Of a stretch of DNA of 64,000 bases, positions 16,107-22,602 are shown piece after piece; position 1 is the stretch's first letter; each line of letters begins with the position of its first letter. The translations under genes were made by a program, and so were the position numbers. This DNA is from Escherichia phage vB-Eco-KMB37. The stretch lies in sequence record OR525700; one strand, given 5' to 3'. The notes under the pieces were generated by a model. The model was given only the letters and a program-made list of their open reading frames with translations, made no database searches and was not told the origin of the DNA.

Positions 16107-17840
16107 ATGAATATTTTTGCACCTTTTGCTACTGATTGGTATAAACCTGGTCACAAGCAGATGTACAACCAAAATACAAAACTCATTTTCTCTAATTTAA
16201 CTCCTCGTAATGATAAAAACTTTGCACACTATGCAGATCGTGAAGCACGTGGTGTAATTGTTTTAGGTATTCGTCGAGCAGTTACTGATGCTCTTGTAAC
16301 TATGTGGGATAGCTTCTTTAAAATGTCTCGTAGTGCAGCAGTAAATAAATTTTATCGTATGTCTAAAAATGCATTAGGTGCTTCTGCTCCTTCTGCTGAA
16401 TGTTGGGGAGAATTGCACGATTTAGGTTATCTTCCGCTGGAAGTTCGATCTCTGCCAGAAGGTGTTTTGTGTCCTATTGGTGTTCCTGTGTTTACTGTGC
16501 ATAATACTTTAGAAAAATTCTTTTGGTTAACTAACTATGTGGAAACACTATTGTCAGATGAAACTTGGAAGACAATGACTAATGCTACAGCAGCTTTTCA
16601 GTATAAGCGTATTGCTATGGCATATGCGATGGCAACGTGTGATAATATTGATCATGTTAACTTCCAGTGTCATGATTTTAGCCTACGTGGTTTAAGTAAT
16701 ATCGAAGATGGTTATAAGAGTGGTATCGCTCATTTGGCATCTTTCACAGGAACAGATAACATTCTGGCTATTGAGACTGTGCATGATTATTATGGTATTG
16801 ATTATGATCAGTTTGTTGCAGGTTCTATTCCGGCAACAGAACATTCAGTAGCAACGACTAACATTGGAGCTATTGTTGAAGATCTGAAGAAACATTTCCC
16901 ACATCTTAAAGATGATGTTGATGGGCTTCGTTATGTAGCAGAGAAAGAGTTTCTTCGCCGCTATATTGAAGAAATTGTTCCAGAAGGTTTTTGTTCATAT
17001 GTAGCAGATTCTTATGACTACTGGGCTGTCTTGACTCGCATTCTGGTCGAGTTGAAAGATTCCATTATGTCACGAAATGGTCGTCTTGTTATTCGTCCAG
17101 ATTCAGGAGATCCGGTTAAAGTTGTTGCAGGATACAATGTTGAATCTTTTGATAACTATGAAGACCTTTTAAATAATGGTATTGCTACAGCCACTGAAGT
17201 AGTTCATTTGGCTGATGTTAATAAGTATTACAATGTTCTTCAGGATTGCAGTGTTGCTGATTGTATTGATGAAACTTATGAGATTCCTTATTGTGAAGCA
17301 GTAGGTTCTATTCAAATCCTTTGGGAAGTGTTTGGTGGTACTATCAACCGAAAAGGCTACAAGGTTCTTGATCAGCACATCGGTATGATTTATGGTGATT
17401 CTATTACTGTTGAACGAGAACACGAAATCTTACGCCGACTGAAGAAGAAAGGTTTTGCAGCTTCCAATATTGTATTTGGTGTTGGTAGTTATACTTATCA
17501 GTTCAATACACGAGATACTTTTGGTTTTGCTGTTAAAGCAACAGGTAGTATCATCGGTGAACACGAAATTTTGGTAAGTAAGGAGCCTAAAACTGATCCT
17601 GGTAAACGTTCTGCAAAAGGTTTTATTAAGGTTGTTAAGGATACAAACGGTAAAATTTCTCTCGTGGATAATCTTTCTTTTAAAGATATTCAAGATGAAG
17701 ACAATGAGTTAAAAGTTATCTTCAGGGATGGTACGGTTATTACACCACAAGTAGAAGGACGTGATGAAACATTTACGGATATCCGCAATCGTGTTGATGT
17801 AGAGGTTCTTCGTACTATGGGAACCATCCAGGTTGACTAA
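16107..17840 (+). CDS. Nicotinamide phosphoribosyltransferase family protein (NadV/NAMPT-like; possibly Namat)
   Basis: 577 aa; N-terminal DWYKPGHKQMY and overall NAMPT-like architecture; adjacent to the Prs-like gene. Confidence 0.8.
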   Translation: MNIFAPFATDWYKPGHKQMYNQNTKLIFSNLTPRNDKNFAHYADREARGVIVLGIRRAVTDALVTMWDSFFKMSRSAAVNKFYRMSKNALGASAPSAECWGELHDLGYLPLEVRSLPEGVLCPIGVPVFTVHNTLEKFFWLTNYVETLLSDETWKTMTNATAAFQYKRIAMAYAMATCDNIDHVNFQCHDFSLRGLSNIEDGYKSGIAHLASFTGTDNILAIETVHDYYGIDYDQFVAGSIPATEHSVATTNIGAIVEDLKKHFPHLKDDVDGLRYVAEKEFLRRYIEEIVPEGFCSYVADSYDYWAVLTRILVELKDSIMSRNGRLVIRPDSGDPVKVVAGYNVESFDNYEDLLNNGIATATEVVHLADVNKYYNVLQDCSVADCIDETYEIPYCEAVGSIQILWEVFGGTINRKGYKVLDQHIGMIYGDSITVEREHEILRRLKKKGFAASNIVFGVGSYTYQFNTRDTFGFAVKATGSIIGEHEILVSKEPKTDPGKRSAKGFIKVVKDTNGKISLVDNLSFKDIQDEDNELKVIFRDGTVITPQVEGRDETFTDIRNRVDVEVLRTMGTIQVD

Positions 17841-17911
17841 ATAAAAACTTCGTGATAAGATTAAGGTAAGGAGAGCCTGCAACTGCCCTGGATGGGCTTC
17901 ACGAAGGATTT

Positions 17912-18133
17912 ATGAAACAACATAATTTTTATTTTCGTTGCCGAGCCTGTAACAGACACTTGACTAATCATTCCCGTAGAGACAGGAATGGTAATATTCA
18001 AGAGTCGGATCTATGCTCGATTTGTACAAGTTTGGCATTCGACGACAGTCCCGAAAGGGTTTATCAACATCAAAGTGTAACTGATCTTCTTCTAAATTAC
18101 ACAGCACCAGAGGAGGAATTAGATTTCACATAA
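17912..18133 (+). CDS. Small zinc-ribbon protein
   Basis: CRACNRH...CSIC pair of CxxC motifs in 73 aa. Confidence 0.4.
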   Translation: MKQHNFYFRCRACNRHLTNHSRRDRNGNIQESDLCSICTSLAFDDSPERVYQHQSVTDLLLNYTAPEEELDFT

Positions 18134-18146
18134 TTAAGGAAACAGT

Positions 18147-18257
18147 ATGTCTACAGAAATTATTTTTGGCTTATCTGTTTTTATTGCTATTGTATCTTTT
18201 GTATGCGGTTATACACTAGGTTACAGATCAAGAAAAAATATTGTAAAAACTAGTTGA
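18147..18257 (+). CDS. Small hydrophobic peptide (36 aa)
   Basis: AAGGAAACA RBS then ATG; single TM-like segment GLSVFIAIVSFVCGY; below the ORF-track length cutoff. Confidence 0.3.
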   Translation: MSTEIIFGLSVFIAIVSFVCGYTLGYRSRKNIVKTS

Positions 18258-18283
18258 CAACATAGCTAGTTATTTGCTAAGAT
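18254..18283 (+). promoter_or_regulatory. Sigma70-like promoter
   Basis: TTGACA-N18-TAAGAT. Confidence 0.5.
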
Positions 18284-18313
18284 AAGCACAAGTTAAACAA
18301 AAAGGAGAAAACT

Positions 18314-18580
18314 ATGACAGAAAAGACTTATGGTAAAGAATTGATTGAGAAGCACGTATTGATTGATAATAAAGGTGGAGCAATCTTTATTTTTGAACCT
18401 GAATCAGTTCTTACTGAAAACGAAAATGGTAGCGTTAGCCTTAAAACAGAAAGTTTGGTAATTGACTTCCTTGCTCTTCTGGATGAAATGGGGCTTCCTC
18501 ACGAAGAAGAAGCAGCTATTGCTTTGATTGCAGTTCTTCTGGAGAAACGCGAAGCTGGTGAAATGACCCAGTATGCTTAA
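18314..18580 (+). CDS. Hypothetical protein
   Basis: 88-aa ORF with AAGGAG RBS. Confidence 0.45.
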   Translation: MTEKTYGKELIEKHVLIDNKGGAIFIFEPESVLTENENGSVSLKTESLVIDFLALLDEMGLPHEEEAAIALIAVLLEKREAGEMTQYA

Positions 18581-18587
18581 TATTCAA

Positions 18588-18663
18588 GGTTCCATAGCTC
18601 ACTGACGAAAGCGCACACCTCATAAGTGTCGAGGGCAGGGATTGTAACCCTGGGGAACCACCA
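18588..18663 (+). tRNA. tRNA-Met (anticodon CAT)
   Basis: 76 nt incl. CCA; acceptor GGTTCCA/GGGAACC, anticodon loop CTCATAA; T-loop atypical (ATTGTAA). Confidence 0.6.
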
Positions 18664-18694
18664 TTTAAAAGGAGGTGCTATGCATCTCCTATAT

Positions 18695-18780
18695 GCAAGT
18701 GTGGTGGAATTGGTGATACACATTGTGCTTAAAACGCAACGCTTAAATGATTGAGGGTTCGAATCCCTCCACTTGCACCA
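18695..18780 (+). tRNA. tRNA-Leu (anticodon TAA), type II
   Basis: Acceptor GCAAGTG/CACTTGC, loop CTTAAAA, long variable arm, T-arm GAGGG-TTCGAAT-CCCTC, CCA encoded. Confidence 0.7.
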
Positions 18781-18782
18781 AC

Positions 18783-18890
18783 GCCTAGTAGGGTATTTGG
18801 TAATTCCGAGGCCATCAAAGCCTGAAAAATATGTTAGACCGTTTTGTCTAACTAAATACGAAATATGGTTCGATTCCATAACTAGGCTCC
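18783..18890 (+). tRNA. Atypical tRNA-like element (about 107 nt)
   Basis: Perfect 7-bp acceptor pairing GCCTAGT/ACTAGGC and T-arm TATGG-TTCGATT-CCATA, but about 32 nt too long, with an extra 7-bp hairpin GTTAGAC/GTCTAAC; anticodon not resolved. Confidence 0.3.
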
Positions 18891-18923
18891 CGATTTAAAT
18901 AGTAATTTTTTAATAAAAATATC

Positions 18924-18952
18924 TTGACATTTACTTAGTTTTTTGTTATAGT
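18924..18952 (+). promoter_or_regulatory. Sigma70-like promoter
   Basis: TTGACA-N17-TATAGT. Confidence 0.55.
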
Positions 18953-18963
18953 CATTATGAAAA

Positions 18964-19045
18964 CGGGGTGTATCTCACCTGACTTCTAATCAGGCGTTAA
19001 CCGAGTAATTGGAGTATGCAGGTTCGAATCCTGTCACCCCGGCCA
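18964..19045 (+). tRNA. Atypical tRNA-like element (anticodon-like loop TCT, Arg-like)
   Basis: Perfect acceptor CGGGGTG/CACCCCG, stem-loop CCTGA-CTTCTAA-TCAGG, T-arm GCAGG-TTCGAAT-CCTGT, CCA; no canonical D-arm and a 24-nt insert before the T-arm. Confidence 0.35.
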
Positions 19046-19063
19046 AAAAGTTTTAAAAACTAC

Positions 19064-19092
19064 TTGACAAGCAAGATAGTTTTATGTTAGAT
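19064..19092 (+). promoter_or_regulatory. Sigma70-like promoter
   Basis: TTGACA-N17-TTAGAT. Confidence 0.5.
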
Positions 19093-19108
19093 TTAAAGTA
19101 TGGTAACA

Positions 19109-19198
19109 GGAAGGTAGGGCGCAGCGGTGCGCAACCAGGTTTGAACCCTGGCCCATTGTAGCGATACGGTGATGGTTCGACTCCATTATCTTCCTCCA
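19109..19198 (+). tRNA. tRNA-Ser (anticodon TGA), type II
   Basis: Acceptor GGAAGGT/ATCTTCC, anticodon arm CCAGG-TTTGAAC-CCTGG, long variable arm, CCA. Confidence 0.65.
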
Positions 19199-19216
19199 AA
19201 TTCGCTTAGGAGCTTT

Positions 19217-19369
19217 ATGAATTATAAAACTATTGGACAGGTTGTTACCGGAGTTAAGATTGTAGATAATAAAGTTGTTTATGAGTATTCTAATCTTCAA
19301 CAATCTGAAGATGGTAAAAATATTCGTATGGTAAAAGCAGAACAAAAAGATTCCGGTTGTTTTGAATAA
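19217..19369 (+). CDS. Hypothetical small protein (50 aa)
   Basis: AGGAG RBS then ATG at 19217; the longer track ORF would start inside the preceding tRNA. Confidence 0.35.
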   Translation: MNYKTIGQVVTGVKIVDNKVVYEYSNLQQSEDGKNIRMVKAEQKDSGCFE

Positions 19370-19377
19370 TTAATAAC

Positions 19378-19463
19378 GGTAGATTGGTGAAATGGTAGCC
19401 ACAACAGTTTGCTAAACTGTAGTCGGAAACGGCGTGTAGGTTCAAGTCCTACATCTACCGCCA
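19378..19463 (+). tRNA. tRNA-Ser (anticodon GCT), type II
   Basis: Acceptor GGTAGAT/ATCTACC, anticodon arm ACAGT-TTGCTAA-ACTGT, long variable arm, discriminator G, CCA. Confidence 0.7.
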
Positions 19464-19597
19464 AGTTATCTTTAATGTAGCTTGTAATCTTACTTTAATA
19501 GAGTAAATCTTCGGCAAGTGGCGGTAACCACTTTACCGATACCCTAATACTTCATAGTCAAGTGCCGCAAACACTGGCTATTTTAAAGATAATTTAT

Positions 19598-19673
19598 ACA
19601 TCGTTAGCTTAGTTGGTAGAGCAAGGGGCTTTTAACTCCAAGGTCGAAGGTTCGAATCCTTCACGATGTACCA
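19598..19673 (+). tRNA. tRNA-Lys (anticodon TTT)
   Basis: Acceptor ACATCGT/ACGATGT, loop CTTTTAA, T-arm GAAGG-TTCGAAT-CCTTC, CCA. Confidence 0.7.
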
Positions 19674-19678
19674 AACAC

Positions 19679-19765
19679 GTAGGTATCGCATAGCGGCAAT
19701 TGCTGGAGACTGTAAATCTCCTGCCCTTCGGGGCTTCGTTGGTTCGAGTCCAACTACCTGCACCA
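19679..19765 (+). tRNA. tRNA-Tyr (anticodon GTA), type II
   Basis: Anticodon arm GGAGA-CTGTAAA-TCTCC, long variable arm, T-arm GTTGG-TTCGAGT-CCAAC, CCA. Confidence 0.7.
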
Positions 19766-19772
19766 AATTAAA

Positions 19773-19857
19773 GATGGATTGGCCTAGTGGTTGGGCGACG
19801 GACTGTTAATCCGTGAACGAAAGTTCTAGCAAGGTTCAAATCCTTGATCCATCGCCA
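19773..19857 (+). tRNA. Type II (long-variable-arm) tRNA with Asn anticodon GTT
   Basis: Perfect acceptor GATGGAT/ATCCATC, 3-bp D-stem, anticodon arm ACGGA-CTGTTAA-TCCGT, 15-nt variable arm with GAAC-GAAA-GTTC hairpin, discriminator G, CCA. Confidence 0.6.
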
Positions 19858-19864
19858 GAATCAT

Positions 19865-19941
19865 GGACTTGTAGAGTTAAGGTAAACCCTCAGTCGCCAA
19901 GAGGCTTCTGGAATTGCAGGTATCGAATCCTGCCGAGTCCA
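19865..19941 (+). tRNA. Atypical tRNA-like element (anticodon unresolved)
   Basis: Acceptor GGACTTG/CGAGTCC pairs well; T-loop has 8 nt (TATCGAAT); no clean 5-bp/7-nt anticodon arm; no encoded CCA. Confidence 0.3.
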
Positions 19942-19947
19942 ATTATT

Positions 19948-20022
19948 GCTCCTATCGTATAACGGCTATTACGGTTGCCTTGTAAGCAACTTATCAGGGT
20001 TCGAGTCCTTGTGGGAGCACCA
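19948..20022 (+). tRNA. tRNA-Thr (anticodon TGT)
   Basis: Acceptor GCTCCTA/TGGGAGC, anticodon arm GTTGC-CTTGTAA-GCAAC, CCA. Confidence 0.7.
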
Positions 20023-20045
20023 ATTTTAACTCTAAAGGAGTGTAT

Positions 20046-20369
20046 GTGACAGAAAAAGAGTTAGAGAAATATTTTAATATCAATGTTTTCGATGGTTTTG
20101 ATGATATTGAAGATGTTGAAAGATATTATGAAGTAGAGTTAGATAAGGATAACATTGTAATTCTTTCTGCCACTTATGATTGTGCATATTATGAAGGTGA
20201 ATCTCACGTTTATTTTTATGATATGAAAACATCTTTGTTTTATGAAGTACACGCATATCATTGTTCTTGTTATGGTTTAGAAGGTCAGTGGGAACCTGAA
20301 GAAATAGGTGATTTGGACTTTACTATTGCATATCTAAACAGACGTGGTGCATCTACTATTTTAAAATAA
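20046..20369 (+). CDS. Hypothetical protein
   Basis: AAGGAG RBS; likely GTG start at 20046 (track start 20040 lies inside the RBS). Confidence 0.45.
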   Translation: MTEKELEKYFNINVFDGFDDIEDVERYYEVELDKDNIVILSATYDCAYYEGESHVYFYDMKTSLFYEVHAYHCSCYGLEGQWEPEEIGDLDFTIAYLNRRGASTILK

Positions 20370-20383
20370 ATATCAAAAGCCTC

Positions 20384-20413
20384 TTGACAAAGGGGCTAAT
20401 AATATGTTAGAGT
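20384..20413 (+). promoter_or_regulatory. Sigma70-like promoter
   Basis: TTGACA-N17-TAGAGT-like. Confidence 0.5.
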
Positions 20414-20424
20414 AATATTGTTAA

Positions 20425-20499
20425 GCGGGTATAGTGTTAATGGTAGCATATGAGGTTTCCACCCTCCAGGTGCAGGTTCAAGTCCTGTTACTCGCTCCA
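20425..20499 (+). tRNA. tRNA-Gly (anticodon TCC)
   Basis: Acceptor GCGGGTA/TACTCGC, loop TTTCCAC, T-arm GCAGG-TTCAAGT-CCTGT, CCA. Confidence 0.7.
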
Positions 20500-20517
20500 A
20501 GATTATTTAAATGGAAT

Positions 20518-20570
20518 CGCTAGAGAAAATTTCTCTTTTCGCTCATGGTTTTCTCCTTCAAACTCTAGCG
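20518..20570 (+). other. Structured spacer between tRNA-Gly and tRNA-Gln (nested inverted repeats)
   Basis: Outer 8-bp inverted repeat CGCTAGAG...CTCTAGCG enclosing hairpin GAGAAA/TTTCTC. Confidence 0.3.
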
Positions 20571-20598
20571 GTTCTTTTTAAGTGATTTTTAGTTTTAT

Positions 20599-20673
20599 TG
20601 GAGATTAGCCTAGTGGGAAGGCAACGGCCTTTGAAGTCGTGATGACTAGGTTCGATTCCTAGATCTCCAGCCA
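20599..20673 (+). tRNA. tRNA-Gln (anticodon TTG)
   Basis: Acceptor TGGAGAT/ATCTCCA, anticodon arm ACGGC-CTTTGAA-GTCGT, T-arm CTAGG-TTCGATT-CCTAG, CCA. Confidence 0.75.
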
Positions 20674-20680
20674 ATATTTA

Positions 20681-20756
20681 CAGTGCGTAGCGCAGTTGGT
20701 AGCGTGGGAGCTTTGGATGCTTCGGGTCGCAGGTTCGAGTCCTGCCGCACTGACCA
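20681..20756 (+). tRNA. tRNA-Pro (anticodon TGG)
   Basis: Acceptor CAGTGCG/CGCACTG, anticodon arm GGAGC-TTTGGAT-GCTTC, T-arm GCAGG-TTCGAGT-CCTGC, CCA. Confidence 0.75.
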
Positions 20757-20761
20757 AATTT

Positions 20762-20836
20762 GCAGAGATAGCTGAGACGGATTAGTGCTACCCTGAAAAG
20801 GTAGAAAGGATGGATCGTTACCATCTCTCTGCACCA
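20762..20836 (+). tRNA. tRNA-Phe (anticodon GAA)
   Basis: Acceptor GCAGAGA/TCTCTGC, anticodon arm CTACC-CTGAAAA-GGTAG, CCA. Confidence 0.7.
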
Positions 20837-20913
20837 AATAACACCATCCAAGGAGTAGACTTGGTTAACTGTCAATAGCACATTGAGGCTTCTTACAGTG
20901 GTGTACTTATTAT

Positions 20914-20998
20914 GGCTAAGTGGTGGAATGGTATACACGATACGCTTAGAACGTATTGCCCCAGTGGATTGTGAGTTCGAGTCTCACCTTAGCTACCA
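20914..20998 (+). tRNA. tRNA-Leu (anticodon TAG), type II
   Basis: Anticodon arm ATACG-CTTAGAA-CGTAT, long variable arm, T-arm GTGAG-TTCGAGT-CTCAC, CCA. Confidence 0.7.
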
Positions 20999-21085
20999 TA
21001 TCTAAGAGATATCATAGGGTTTGCAACGGATATCTACCGTCCTATTAAGGATACCACGCCAAGACGGGTTATAAAGGGTTAGCCA

Positions 21086-21161
21086 TTGATAGTGTGAAGC
21101 TGGCGTTTCGAGTGCTTTCATAAGGCATTGCGAGAAGAGTTCGATTCTCTTACTATCAACC
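21086..21161 (+). tRNA. tRNA with CAT anticodon (Met or Ile2)
   Basis: Acceptor TGATAGT/ACTATCA, loop TTCATAA with wobble-containing stem, T-arm AAGAG-TTCGATT-CTCTT, CCA. Confidence 0.55.
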
Positions 21162-21177
21162 AAATTACTACAGATTG

Positions 21178-21256
21178 CGCGGGATAGAGGAGTCTGGTCG
21201 TCCTCGCCAGTTTCATATGCTGGAGATCATCGGTTCGAATCCGATTTCCGCCTCCA
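21178..21256 (+). tRNA. tRNA with CAT anticodon (Met or Ile2), boundaries approximate
   Basis: D-stem AGGA/TCCT, loop TTCATAT, T-arm ATCGG-TTCGAAT-CCGAT; acceptor pairing imperfect. Confidence 0.5.
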
Positions 21257-21332
21257 ATAAATACCTCCCTTCTGGTGTAATGATTAAATTACATTGACAC
21301 TTCAAGGAACTCATAGCCGGGTAGATTTAAAA

Positions 21333-21397
21333 GAGTATGGTACTCAATATGGCTCCAAACCATAGATCAAGGGGTTCGATTCCTCACCTTGCTGCCA
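21333..21397 (+). tRNA. Possible tRNA-Trp (anticodon CCA), 5' boundary uncertain
   Basis: Anticodon arm TATGG-CTCCAAA-CCATA and T-loop TTCGATT plus CCA are clear; no acceptable 5' acceptor strand found with a normal D-arm. Confidence 0.3.
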
Positions 21398-21401
21398 ATA
21401 T

Positions 21402-21477
21402 TGTGGTATCGTACAGATGGTTAGTACACTCGACCGATAATCGAGAAACAACGGTTCGACTCCGTTTACCACGACCA
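21402..21477 (+). tRNA. tRNA-Ile (anticodon GAT)
   Basis: Acceptor TGTGGTA/TACCACG, D-stem GTAC/GTAC, anticodon arm CTCGA-CCGATAA-TCGAG, CCA. Confidence 0.7.
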
Positions 21478-21588
21478 AACTCCGTGCCAGCGGTGTCTTC
21501 GAAGAACAAGCCTAGTTCCTTCTGAGATGGAGGGGTGCGACTCCTTAACGCACATACCACTACTACTAAATACTTATCAGGAGATATT

Positions 21589-21858
21589 ATGTATACTTTA
21601 AAAGTAATTCGCAAGTTTCCTCAAGAAGAGGAAGTAAGAATTTATAACACTGTACCATTCGTAGTAAATGAAGAAGAATTCTTTTATTGCTTAGAAGATG
21701 AAGTAATTATTCAATATCATTGGGAAGGTTATGACAGACAAGATGGTGTTGTAGCTTCTGTGCTTGCTGGTGATAGAGTGTTATTCATTCACAAAACTGA
21801 ATCAGCATATTTAATGAATGATAAAGGACAAACTGTTAAAGTAATTAACAGACCATAA
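21589..21858 (+). CDS. Hypothetical protein
   Basis: CAGGAG RBS then ATG at 21589 (track ORF extended upstream into the tRNA region); followed by a terminator. Confidence 0.45.
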   Translation: MYTLKVIRKFPQEEEVRIYNTVPFVVNEEEFFYCLEDEVIIQYHWEGYDRQDGVVASVLAGDRVLFIHKTESAYLMNDKGQTVKVINRP

Positions 21859-21870
21859 AGAATTTTATAA

Positions 21871-21897
21871 AAGCCTCCTTTTTGGAGGTTTTTTATT
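21871..21897 (+). terminator. Rho-independent terminator
   Basis: CCTCC-TTTTT-GGAGG hairpin followed by TTTTTTATT. Confidence 0.6.
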
Positions 21898-21964
21898 ATC
21901 TATAAAATAAAGATCTTTACAAAACGTATAAAATATGTTATCCTTAAGTAAGGAGGTGCATATT

Positions 21965-22255
21965 ATGCCTAAATTGAAAAGAGGTCGAGGTAGACCTACA
22001 GCCGAAATGCAACAGATTTATGCTATGGATGCTGCACAGGCGCAAGTAAAAGAAATTTTTGCTGGTCGTTATTTAGATGCTATGCGTTACATTGCAGATC
22101 TTGTTGTAGATGAAAAGGCTTCTGCTAATATTAAGTTGACTGCTTCTAAGATCATCAAAGAACAAGTAGAAGAATGGCTGGAAGAACATTATGAATCTAT
22201 GGAAGAAGAAGATATTCTTCCAGAAAATTCTCCCCCTCAAAAAATCGTTATCTAA
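21965..22255 (+). CDS. Small basic DNA-binding-like protein (possible small terminase or regulator)
   Basis: AAGGAGG RBS; N-terminal PKLKRGRGRPTAE AT-hook-like motif, acidic C-terminus. Confidence 0.35.
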   Translation: MPKLKRGRGRPTAEMQQIYAMDAAQAQVKEIFAGRYLDAMRYIADLVVDEKASANIKLTASKIIKEQVEEWLEEHYESMEEEDILPENSPPQKIVI

Positions 22256-22301
22256 TTCTCCTCTCTTGGGAACTTTGTTCCCCCTCTCCTTGTTAATTAA
22301 C

Positions 22302-22337
22302 ACCCCTTTCCGAAAGGTTAGGGGGTTTTTTATTTTA
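22302..22337 (+). terminator. Rho-independent terminator (tandem hairpins)
   Basis: CCCCT...AGGGGG stem enclosing CCGAAAGG, then TTTTTTATTTT. Confidence 0.5.
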
Positions 22338-22393
22338 TACCTATTGCTTTTATATATGTTTTTATGATATGATTAATACAGGAGGACTATAAA

Positions 22394-22567
22394 ATGAGAA
22401 ACTATGTAGCTAAACACGATTTTAATAGGGCTTCTTATCACAGAGATAAGAAGAACAGTTATTCGCGTAAATGGGATCTGGAGGAAGAGTTAGATTATGA
22501 TTACAGAAGAACAATGGAAGGAGATTTTGGAGAATGCACAACCGATGGTAGTGAAGAAGATAGTTAA
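22394..22567 (+). CDS. Hypothetical small protein (57 aa)
   Basis: GGAGGA RBS then ATG; below track cutoff; charged, no TM segment. Confidence 0.25.
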   Translation: MRNYVAKHDFNRASYHRDKKNSYSRKWDLEEELDYDYRRTMEGDFGECTTDGSEEDS

Positions 22568-22602
22568 TAATTCACCAAATCTGCCTAAAGTAAAATTTAA
22601 AG

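Noticed and set aside
18577-18879. 100-aa minus-strand ORF across the first tRNAs
   Set aside because: Lies antisense over tRNA-Met and tRNA-Leu with no RBS; an artefact of the tRNA sequence.
19082-19345. 87-aa minus-strand ORF over tRNA-Ser(TGA)
   Set aside because: Antisense to a well-folded tRNA and to a plus-strand small ORF with RBS.
19464-19597. 134-nt spacer in the tRNA cluster examined for an additional tRNA on either strand
   Set aside because: Contains hairpins (GTGG-CGGTAA-CCAC) but no T-loop or acceptor/anticodon arrangement that folds as a tRNA by eye; left unassigned pending a scanner.
20646-20938. Two minus-strand ORFs (63 and 86 aa) over tRNA-Gln/Pro/Phe
   Set aside because: Overlap three canonical tRNAs on the opposite strand; no translation signals.
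20837-21085. Two tRNA-sized spacers (20837-20913 and 20999-21085) examined for tRNAs
   Set aside because: Partial acceptor-like pairing (ACACCA...GTGGTGT) but no T-arm; could be degraded tRNA remnants, not called.
21478-21560. Region after tRNA-Ile with a TTCGA-like palindrome and a GGGTGCGACTCC segment, considered as a further tRNA
   Set aside because: No complementary acceptor strands on either strand.
21337-21614. ORFs 21337..21525 (+) and 21384..21614 (-) in the distal tRNA cluster
   Set aside because: Overlap tRNA-Ile and the Trp-like element; the real plus-strand gene starts at 21589 with its own RBS.
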